Source: Tubiluchus corallicola (Eukaryota > Animalia > Priapulida). From it: DNA of 64,000 nucleotides. Position numbers and translations under genes: made by a program. Location of the stretch: the NCBI GenBank assembly GCA_030141605.1, contig JAQGDQ010000292.1, positions 186,001 through 250,000 of the forward strand, read 5' to 3'. Shown piece by piece: positions 15,601 to 27,600 of this stretch. Below the pieces are notes generated by a model. That model worked only from the letters and a program-made list of their open reading frames with translations. It ran no database searches and was not told the origin of the DNA. Every line of letters starts with the position of its first letter. Positions within the stretch are counted from its first letter, which is position 1.

Positions 15601-18600
15601 TGACTCAGTACCATCATTTTCAGCCTCATCAAAACAACGGGTTAGAGTTATCTCAGAATCTGGATGCAAACAATCACAATACTGGCATACAGCAGTAGAG
15701 TACTTATTATCTAAATGCTGACTGAAGCTTTGAGACTTAGCGGATTTAGACTTAGCAATTTGCAAAGACGTGACACAGCTACAATGTGGGCACAACAACG
15801 TAAGCACACGAGTTGCTGGAGGTAAACAAATGCGACTTCCGTCAATACATTCCCAACTGGAAATAGATGAAACACCAGCAACACCTTGAGAATCAACTAA
15901 ACTGAACTTCCGGGTCACATTATTACTTGAATCAGCAAAATGGACATAAACATCACTCACAGCTCTGTCTTCTGTAGCAGATTCTGCTTTTGTTGCAACA
16001 TTTGAAGCAACATTTGTGACTTGTGATGAGTATTTTGCAGTTATGGGCAAATCTGCAGATCTAAATGGTGAATCTCTTACATGTTGTATTTCTTGTTTAA
16101 GTTTTGCTCTTGTGTAGTTTAATTCATGTAAGAGCATTTCCCTTGTGTGAGTTACTTCGTCACGTAAAGATGAAGTCATATGATTCACTTCCTCAAGTAG
16201 TTCATTATTACGGTAATTAAGTTCAGTGAGCATAACATTTTTTGTGCAGTTAATTTCTTCAAAAATTTTGGATAAATATTTCTCATGAGACCTCAAGTCA
16301 GAAGCTGCACTTGTAAAAGTTCCATGATGGGTAGCTTTGACTTCTTTTAGATTACTTAGCTTAGGCAAACAAATGTCTCTGCATGAGGGGCTTCTTTGTT
16401 TTGCAATACTAGTGCTTGGGAAAGAAAATGAATGTTTACATGTGGAAGAAAAAATTGGTTGCACATGCCCTGCTTCTGCCCAGCTTAGAAGCCTGTGTTT
16501 TACACCAAGTTTATCATACAGATGATAAGTCTGCTCAATGTTTTGATTGAGAGATACATTTAACTCGCTGCGATATAAGTGTCTGTCTGAAATAATATTG
16601 GTGTGTTCCAGAAATTTATTCTCTTTAATTGGTATATCAGTATCATTAAACTCCATAGCAGGCAAAGCAACGAAAAAACATTTTGCAATAAAGAGCTCAG
16701 ACTTATGTAACAGATACTTTGACTCCAGCTGTTTTCTCAAAGATAAACACTGCCTCGCTTCAGAATCAAGAAGTTCAAAACAGGAAGAATTTAGCAAAAC
16801 AAAGTGACAAGACAAATACAGATCAGATTCACTCTTGTCATCATCAAAATCTTCAGCTAAAGTGCAACTGAAAAGATCCGTATCTTCAGGAATATGTTTT
16901 ATCACCCACTCCATTGTTGCAAGAAAGGTGTCAGTGAGAGAGATGCTCTTGCTGAGATTTACAAACAAAGTGGAATCTGTACTAGAAGAATATACAGAAT
17001 CAGAACCCAGAAATGAGTTTGTCTCATCCAAATTAAGTTGCATCGGAAACTCATTTTCACTCTCTTCCACATCATATTTATTTACATGACTTACAACTTG
17101 GGAGGACAGATAATCCACATTTACCTTAGAGGGTATTTCAGGAGGATTGAAAAAAGATATCACTGGCTTAAGCTGAATGATGCTAGGAAAGAACTGAAGA
17201 GACACTTTGTCATCTAGTTCTGAAATTTCAATAGCCAAAGTATGCAGGAGCACTTCACTGGGTAATTTGGGAAAGTCACTATCATCAAAAACTAATTTAG
17301 GTTTGCAAGCTATTATTAAAGGTTCCCAAGTAAGTTCTTTAACGTGCTCCAAATCTACAATACCGGGTAATTGAACAACACTGACTGTCTGCAACTTGGG
17401 TTCTGTTTTACTAAGTAATACAGTTTCAAATAATTCTTGGGCCAAAACAATGTCTATAGGAGCTTGACTCGTTGGTTCAAGTAACTGTGATAAGTAATTA
17501 AATTTACTCATAAGCACATATTCGTCAACTGGAAATTGCGACGTAGATGTACAAGTCCAATTTACACTCAAAGGTAATTTACTACTTAATTCAATCTCAT
17601 ATGTGGACTTCACATGTCCATAAGCAGTTTTTTCTGCAGCAGCAGGTGCAAATAAAAGTAAGTTCTCAGTTTTTGTTTTGTCAAATAATATTTCAGCAAT
17701 ACTCTCACCCTTTCTTTCCACAATTAAATCAGACCCTTTCAAACTCACTTCTTCTAAAGGCTTAACAGCAGAGTCATGGGTATAATGTGCATGAAAGTAT
17801 GTGTCAGAATCATAATCAGATTCTTCCGATAACTCCAAGGCTGGTAGGCACTCCAATACCTCAACCTCAATAGGGATGCTTGCAGAAGAGCTAAGTGATT
17901 CTGCACTGGCATACAGAGAATCTTTGTCATCGAGAAATATTTGAAATGGCATTGATAATATGGCACTGCTCAGGAGTTCATTCTGTTCTGTTACTTGAAT
18001 AGCCAAAGTATGCAGGAGTACTCCATTGGGTAATTTGGGAAAGTCACTATCATCAAAAACTAATTTAGGTTTGCATGCTATTATTAGAGGTTCCCAAGCA
18101 AGTTCTTTAACGTGCTCCAAATCTACAATATCGGGTAATTGAACAACACTGACTGTCTGCAACTTGGGTTCTGTTTTACTAAGTAATACAGTTTCAAATA
18201 ATTCTTGAGCCAAAACAATGTCCTTAGGAGCTTGACTCGTTTGTTCAAATAACTGTGATAAGTAATTAGATTTACTCATAAGCACATATTCGTCAACTGG
18301 AAATTGCGACGTAGATGTACAAGTCCAATTTACACTCAAAGGTAATTTACTACTTAATTCAATCTCATATGTGGACTTCACATGTCCATAAGCAGTTTTT
18401 TCTGCAGCAGCAGGTGCAAATACAAGTAAATTCTCAGCTTTTGTTTTGTCAAATAATATTTCAGAAAAACTCTCACCCTTTCTTTCCACAATTAAATCAG
18501 ACCCTTTCAAACTCACTTCTTCTAAAGGCTTAACAGCAGAGTCATGGGTATAATGTGCATGAAAGTATGTGTCAGAATCATAATCAGATTCTTCCGATAA

Positions 18601-21600
18601 CTCCAAGGCTGGTTGGCACTCCAATACCTCAACCTCAATAGGGATGCTTGCAGAAGAGCTATGTGATTCTGCACTGGCATACAGAGAATCTTTGTCATCG
18701 AGAAATATTTGAAATGGCATTGATAATATGGCACTGCTCAGGAGTTCATTCTGTTCTGTTACTTGAATAGCCAAAGTATGCAGGAGTACTTCATTGGGTA
18801 ATTTGGGAAAGTCACTATCATCAAAAACTAATTTAGGTTTGCAAGCTATTATTAGAGGTTCCCAAGCAAGTTCTTTAACATGCTCCAAATCTACAATATC
18901 GGGTAATTGAACAACACTGACTGTCTGCAACTTGGGTTCTGTTTTACTAAGTAATACAGTTTCAAATAATTCTTGGGCCAAAACAATGTCCTTAGGAGCT
19001 TGACTCGTTGGTTCAAGTAACTGTGATAAGTAATTAAATTTACTCATAAGCACATATTCGTCAACTGGAAATTCTGACGTAGATATACAAGTCCAATTTA
19101 CACTCAAAGGTAATTTACTACTTAATTCAATCTCATATGTGGACTTCACATGTCCATAAGCAGTTTTTTCTGCAGTAGTAGGTGCAAATAAAAGTAAGTT
19201 CTCAGCTTTTGTTTTGTCAAATAATATTTCAGAAAAACTCTCACCCTTTTTTTCCATAATTAAATCAGACCCTTTCAAACTCACTTCTTCTAAAGGCTTA
19301 ACAGCAGAGTCATGGGTATAATGTGCATTAAAGTACGTGTCAGAATCATAATCAGATTCTTCCGATAACTCCAAGGCTGGTTGGCACTCCAATACCTCAA
19401 CCTCAATAGGGATGCTTGCAGAAGAGCTAAGTGATTCTGCACTGGCATACAGAGAATCTTTGTCATCGAGAAATATTTGAAATGGCATTGATAATATGGC
19501 ACTGCTCAGGAGTTCATTCTGTTCTGTTACTTGAATAGCCAAAGTATGCAGGAGTACTTCATTGGGTAATTTGGGAAAGTCACTATCATCAAAAACTAAT
19601 TTAGGTTTGCAAGCTATTATTAGAGGTTCCCAAGCAAGTTCTTTAATGTGCTCCAAATCTACAATATCGGGTAATTGAACAACACTGACTGTCTGCAACT
19701 TGGGTTCTGTTTTACTAAGTAATACAGTTTCAAATAATTCTTGGGCCAAAACAATGTCCTTAGGAGCTTGACTCGTTGGTTCAAGTAACTGTGATAAGTA
19801 ATTAAATTTACTCATAAGCACATATTCGTCAACTGGAAATTGCAACGTAGATGTACAAGTCCAATTTACACTCAAAGGTAATTTACTACTTAATTCAATC
19901 TCATATGTGGACTTCACATGTCCATAACCAGTTTTTTCTGCAGCAGTAGGTGCAAATAAAAGTAAGTTCTCAGCTTTTGTTTTGTCAAATAATATTTCAG
20001 AAATACTCTCACCCTTTCTTTCCACAATTAAATCAGACCCTTTCAAACTCACTTCTTCTAAAGGCTTAACAGCAGAGTCATGGGTATAATGTGCATGAAA
20101 GTACGTGTCAGAATCATAATCAGATTCTTCCGATAACTCCAAGGCTGGTTGGCACTCCAATACCTCAACCTCAATAGAGATGCTTGCAGAAGAGCTAAGT
20201 GATTCTGCACTGGCATACAGAGAATCTTTGTCATCGAGAAATATTTGAAATGGCATTGATAATATGGCACTGCTCAGGAGTTCATTCTGTTCTGTTACTT
20301 GAATAGCCAAAGTATGCAGGAGTACTTCATTGGGTAATTTGGGAAAGTCACTATCATCAAAAACTAATTTAGGTTTGCAAGCTATTATTAGAGGTTCCCA
20401 AGCAAGTTCTTTAACGTGCTCCAAATCTACAATATCGGGTAATTGAACAACACTGACTGTCTGTAACTTGGATTCTGTTTTACTAAGTAATACAGTTTCA
20501 AATAATTCTTGAGCCAAAACAATGTCCTTAGGAGCTTGACTCGTTGGTTCAAATAACTGTGATAAGTAATGAGATTTACTCATAAGCACATATTCGTCAA
20601 CTGGAAATTCTGACGTAGATGTACAAGTCCAATTTACACTCAAAGGTAATTTACTACTTAATTCAATCTCATATGTGGACTTCACATGTCCATAAGCAGT
20701 TTTTTCTGCAGTAGTAGGTGCAAATAAAAGTAAGTTCTCAGCTTTTGTTTTGTCAAATAATATTTCAGAAAAACTCTCACCCTTTTTTTCCATAATTAAA
20801 TCAGACCCTTTCAAACTCACTTCTTCTAAAGGCTTAACAGCAGAGTCATGGGTATAATGTGCATTAAAGTACGTGTCAGAATCATAATCAGATTCTTCCG
20901 ATAACTCCAAGGCTGGTTGGCACTCCAATACCTCAACCTCAATAGGGATGCTTGCAGAAGAGCTAAGTGATTCTGCACTGGCATACAGAGAATCTTTGTC
21001 ATCGAGAAATATTTGAAATGGCATTGATAATATGGCACTGCTCAGGAGTTCATTCTGTTCTGTTACTTGAATAGCCAAAGTATGCAGGAGTACTTCATTG
21101 GGTAATTTGGGAAAGTCACTATCATCAAAAACTAATTTAGGTTTGCAAGCTATTATTAGAGGTTCCCAAGCAAGTTCTTTAACATGCTCCAAATCTACAA
21201 TATCGGGTAATTGAACAACACTGACTGTCTGCAACTTGGGTTCTGTTTTACTAAGTAATACAGTTTCAAATAATTCTTGGGCCAAAACAATGTCCTTAGG
21301 AGCTTGACTCGTTGGTTCAAGTAACTGTGATAAGTAATTAAATTTACTCATAAGCACATATTCGTCAACTGGAAATTGCAACGTAGATGTACAAGTCCAA
21401 TTTACACTCAAAGGTAATTTACTACTTAATTCAATCTCATATGTGGACTTCACATGTCCATAAGTAGTTTTTTCTGCAGCAGCAGGTGCAAATACAAGTA
21501 AATTCTCAGCTTTTGTTTTGTCAAATAATATTTCAGAAATACTCTCACCCTTTCTTTCCACAATTAAATCAGACCCTTTCAAACTCACTTCTTCTAAAGG

Positions 21601-24600
21601 CTTAACAGCAGAGTCATGGGTATAATGTGCATGAAAGTACGTGTCAGAATCATAATCAGATTCTTCCGATAACTCCAAGGCTGGTTGGCACTCCAATACC
21701 TCAACCTCAATAGAGATGCTTGCAGAAGAGCTAAGTGATTCTGCACTGGCATACAGAGAATCTTTGTCATCGAGAAATATTTGAAATGGCATTGATAATA
21801 TGGCACTGCTCAGGAGTTCATTCTGTTCTGTTACTTGAATAGCCAAAGTATGCAGGAGTACTTCATTGGGTAATTTGGGAAAGTCACTATCATCAAAAAC
21901 TAATTTAGGTTTGCAAGCTATTATTAGAGGTTCCCAAGCAAGTTCTTTAACATGCTCCAAATCTACAATATCGGGTAATTGAACAACACTGACTGTCTGC
22001 AACTTGGGTTCTGTTTTACTAAGTAATACAGTTTCAAATAATTCTTGGGCCAAAAGAATGTCCTTAGGAGCTTGACTCGTTGGTTCAAGTAACTGTGATA
22101 AGTAATTAAATTTACTCATAAGCACATATTCGTCAACTGGAAATTCTGACGTAGATGTACAAGTCCAATTTACACTCAAAGGTAATTTACTACTTAATTC
22201 AATCTCATATGTGGACTTCACATGTCCATAAGCAGTTTTTTCTGCAGCAGTAGGTGCAAATAAAAGTAAGTTCTCAGCTTTTGTTTTGTCAAATAATATT
22301 TCAGAAATACTCTCACCCTTTCTTTCCACAATTAAATCAGACCCTTTCAAACTCACTTCTTCTAAAGGCTTAACAGCAGAGTCATGGGTATAATGTGCAT
22401 GAAAGTACGTGTCAGAATCATAATCAGATTCTTCCGATAACTCCAAGGCTGGTTGGCACTCCAATACCTCAACCTCAATAGAGATGCTTGCAGAAGAGCA
22501 AAGTGATTCTGCACTGGCATACAGAGAATCTTTGTTATCGAGAAATATTTGAAATGGCATTGATAATATGGCACTGCTCAGGAGTTCATTCTGTTCTGTT
22601 ACTTGAATAGCCAAAGTATGCAGGAGTACTTCATTGGGTAATTTGGGAAAGTCACTATCATCAAAAACTAATTTAGGTTTGCAAGCTATTATTAGAGGTT
22701 CCCAAGCAAGTTCTTTAACGTGCTCCAAATCTACAATATCGGGTAATTGAACGACACTGACTGTCTGCAACTTGGATTCTGTTTTACTAAGTAATACAGT
22801 TTCAAATAATTCTTCAGCCAAAACAATGTCCTTAGGAGCTTGACTCATTGGTTCAAGTAACTGTGATAAGTAATTAAATTTACTCATAAGCACATATTCG
22901 TCAACTGGAAATTCTGACGTAGATGTACAAGTCCAATTTACACTCAAAGGTAATTTACTACTTAATTCAATCTCATATGTGGACTTCACATGTCCATAAG
23001 CAGTTTTTTCTGCAGCAGTAGGTGCAAATAAAAGTAAGTTCTCAGCTTTTGTTTTGTCAAATAATATTTCAGAAATACTCTCACCCTTTCTTTCCACAAT
23101 TAAATCAGACCCTTTCAAACTCACTTCTTCTAAAGGCTTAACAGCAGAGTCATGAGTATAATGTGCATGAAAGTACGTGTCAGAATCATAATCAGATTCA
23201 TCCGATAACTCCAAGGCTGGTTGGCACTCCAATACCTCAACCTCAATAGAGATGCTTGCAGAAGAGCTAAGTGATTCTGCACTGGCATGCAGAGAATCTT
23301 TGTCATCGAGAAATATTTGAAATGGCATTGATAATATGGCACTGCTCAGGAGTTCATTCTGTTCTGTTACTTGAATAGCCAAAGTATGCAGGGGTACTTC
23401 ATTGGGTAATTTGGGAAAGTCACTATCACCAAAAACTAATTTAGGTTTGCAAGCTATTATTAGAGGTTCCCAAGCAAGTTCTTTAACGTGCTCCAAATCT
23501 ACAATATCGGGTAATTGAACGACACTGACTGTCTGTAACTTGGATTCTGTTTTACTAAGTAATACAGTTTCAAATAATTCTTGAGCCAAAACAATGTCCT
23601 TAGGAGCTTGACTCGTTGGTTCAAATAACTGTGATAAGTAATTAGATTTACTCATAAGCACATATTCGTCAACTGGAAATTCTGACGTAGATGTACAAGT
23701 CCAATTTACACTCAAAGGTAATTTACTACTTAATTCAATCTCATATGTGGACTTCACATGTCCATAAGCAGTTTTTTCTGCAGTAGTAGGTGCAAATAAA
23801 AGTAAGTTCTCAGCTTTTGTTTTGTCAAATAATATTTCAGAAAAACTCTCACCCTTTTTTTCCATAATTAAATCAGACCCTTTCAAACTCACTTCTTCTA
23901 AAGGCTTAACAGCAGAGTCATGGGTATAATGTGCATGAAAGTACGTGTCAGAATCATAATCAGATTCTTCCGATAACTCCAAGGCTGGTTGGCACTCCAA
24001 TACCTCAACCTCAATAGGGATGCTTGCAGAAGAGCTAAGTGATTCTGCACTGGCATACAGAGAATCTTTGTCATCGAGAAATATTTCAAACGGCATTGAT
24101 AATATCGGCACTGCTCAGGAGTTCATTCTGTTCTGATGTTTCAATAGCCAAAGTATGCAGAAGTACTTCATTGGCTAACTTGTCATGAAATAATAATTCA
24201 GGTTTGCAAGTTATTATTATTGGTTTCCAAGCAGGTTTCTCAATAACGGGTTCTAAAACTAAAGTATCAGGTAATTCACCAATATTAAGCACCTGTAATC
24301 TGCTTTCAGTTGCTGTGATTGATACTGTCTCAAAAGCTTCAGAAACTAAAGCAATTTCGTTTGGCTGTTCACATACATGCAAACTCAGTTGTAATAGTAA
24401 CCTTGATTTGTTAAAAATAATCTGTTCATTAATAGGAAATTGTGGATAAGCTTGAGTCAATATGTCAATTTCGTTTTCAATTGAATTATCACCAAAAAAC
24501 AATTTGAAAATATCATTATCATCTTTGCTCATATAAAATTCCTTTATGCTACCGCTTGCAACACCCAAGTTCATTTTAAAGAAGCCAGCCTTTATTCGAT

Positions 24601-27600
24601 ACAAGTAAAGTAATTTTCTTATAATATCTATCGAGGTCTCATCAGTTTTTGAATCAAAGTATATTTTTAGTAAGTAGTGCAGTTCTTCATCCTCAAAGGT
24701 CAAAGGAATTTCTTTAGGAAACACAGCATTTTCAATTAGTATATCTGGCAAGCTTTGGGATGTCAGTCTTGTAATCTCATAGTCCTGCCATGACAAATGA
24801 ACCTCCACTGGAAATGTTATGCACTGCACATTTTCTCCATAGGCTAATACTTTAACAAAAGATGCAAGCTTAACTATTTCAGCTTCTGTCCAACCAAAAA
24901 CCACTTCTAGAGGCAAAAAACTGGTATCTTCGATAGTATACCCCTCAAAAATTTCAACATTCAACCTTTTGATTTCTGAATCTGACCATGGTAACACTAC
25001 ATTGCACGGTAATAATACAAATGCATTAAAAATGGGCTTTAAAATCTCAAACATGCTCAGTTGTGTAATTTCAGTATCTTTCCACAGCAACGTCACAGTT
25101 TCTTGAAAATGACCGTCATTACTTACTAAACATTTTGATGCAGAATTAATAACTAATTTGCTTAACTCTGGTTCCGTCCATGAAATAAATACATCTTTTG
25201 GTACTGATTGCATAGTTGCTGTTTCAAATGTCCACATACTCTTGACAAACAACAATACTAATTCATAGTCTACCCACGAAATGTCGACGGTTTTAGGAAA
25301 TGAATCAACAGCATGAAATTCAAATTCTAAATAACACTTTAGAGTTAACTCTATTATCTCGCTATCCAGCCAATGGAAATATACATTATTAGGAAGCATA
25401 ACAGCATCCACATCAACATACTTTAAGGTTGCTTTAATATTAAGTTCAATCATGTCTGCTTCGGACCAGTGCAATATCACATCATCTGTTAATGATATAA
25501 AGTTATATTTCACAAATTCATAATGTGCTTTGGAGTAAAGCTCTGCCAACTCACTTAATGACCAACTACAGTCTATAACAGTGGGTAATTGTACATCACC
25601 TATTAGAGAGCATATGGGCTGTTCATTTAAGAAAGATATCATGGCTTCAGATTCTATAATCAATTCAACAGTATTGTTTACATTTTTCATTAACAAATTC
25701 ATTTCAGGTTTAGTCCAGAATAAGCAAACGTAATTTGGAAATCTACTTACTGCATGATTCAGCTGAACACAATCTAATTTACTTTGAAATGTAAGTGTGT
25801 CTGATAGAGACCAATATAAGTCGATTTTTGTATAGGCTACATCTGCTTGCATAAATAGTGAGCCAACTGTCACCTTGCTCTTCAGTTCAGTAATATCGCT
25901 TTCTGTCCAATTCAAGATCACAAGTTCTGGCATTCCAAAAACTATCGAGTTTAAGTGTAATAGTTTCTCAGAAATACAACAAAGGAATTGAGTGATTTCA
26001 ACTTCAGTATAATTAAAAAGTACCTCACAAGGAAAGGTTAAGGATCTATAAAAAATAAACCTGAAAACATCATTAGTTTGCAAATGAGTTAACTCATGTT
26101 CGTCCCAAAATAGCACCACATCTTTCAAATGTTTATCTGAATCGACTAGTGTTATGTTACTCAAATTACAAAGTAATTTGATTACTTCCATGTAATCCCA
26201 ATTCAGCTCAACTTCCACAGGTTTAGGAAAATCGTAAACCTCTTCCCATGTTCCTTCAAGTACAAACGACCTAGACAATTCACAAAGAAACTGCACTATT
26301 TCCATCTCTGACCAGTCTATAAGAACATCACTGGAAAACATTTTAATGACAGATTTGTCAAAACTGAAATCTGGAATAACTTTAGTCCACCATTCAGCTA
26401 TTTCAGGTTCACTCCACAGTAATAGTACTTCATTTCGATCCACGGCCAACATTTCAGCTAGCTTAACATCTTTTTTCCTTGTTGCACAGTACAGAAAACT
26501 AAGCTCTGCTACTGACCAATACATATCCACTTCTTCAGGTTGATCGTAAAAGTCTTCATATTGTTCGATGACTAGTTTGGATAAAAACAACGTACTCTGT
26601 AAGGCAATTACTTCTGGTTCAGTCCATTCCAAACTAACTTGCACTGGGAATTTGTCAGTTTCAAGTTTAATCCACTGCCGTAACACACTTGACTGAAGTT
26701 CAGTTATTACTGAGTCTAAACCTGCTTGGGTCCATTGTAAACAAATTGCTGCAAGAAACTCTGAAGCCATCGCTACTTCCCATTTTAAAATTACAAAATG
26801 TGGAGCATAAATAATGTTGGCATTTTGCAAATTTATCACGAGCTCATGTGGACTGAGACCAAAATGTGTTTCTTTAATGCCAAATTTAGTTGTTTCACAC
26901 TCATCCATTTCTAAATATATTTCACTGGTTGAACTGACATTTGCATTTAAATTCCAGTGCGAATAATTATCTGATTCTAACTCATGCAAATGAGCAAGCG
27001 GTAATTCAAGATAAATTTTACAGAAACGTAATGGATCACTTAATGACTGATAGAAAAGCTTATCTTTGAAAAGAGTAACCTCATTTTCAGTCCAGTTGAA
27101 ATTCACGGTATCGGGCATTAAATTATCACTGGGAACAACATCAATCAAGGGACATAGATCACAATGGAGCTTAACTAGTTCTTTGTCTGCCCATTTCAAA
27201 GAAGCATGTAAAGGAAAATCTCTGCACTCCCATGTAGTAAAGTGAGGAACAGCATTCACTGAAAGATAAGCCAATTCAAAATCATTCCATTCCATTTCCA
27301 CTTCAACAGGAAAATCAACAGTCTTAGGTTCAATGTGAAAAACATCTGAAGTGTCAACCATTTTGCAAATTAAGTGTGACAGTTCTTCTTCTGACCATGC
27401 TAAAACCACCTCACACTGCAAGAAATGAGTACTGCTTTGCTCTGCACATAGCAAATCATTCACCAACTTACTCTGCAGGATAACTATTTCAGCAGTTAAC
27501 CACTCTAACCCAATTTCATTTGGGAGACTTGAACATTCATACATGCAAAATTCTGGTAAACTAACGATGGAAAGACACACTTCGTCAGATAGTTCCCAAA

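Noticed and set aside
17547-24089. Series of 63-72-aa ORFs repeating every 768 bp
   Set aside because: They are alternate-frame or antisense shadows of the coding tandem array.
17225-24180. CRISPR-like or non-coding satellite interpretation of the array
   Set aside because: The context is eukaryotic, there are no unique spacers, and the unit length is a multiple of 3 and fully open.
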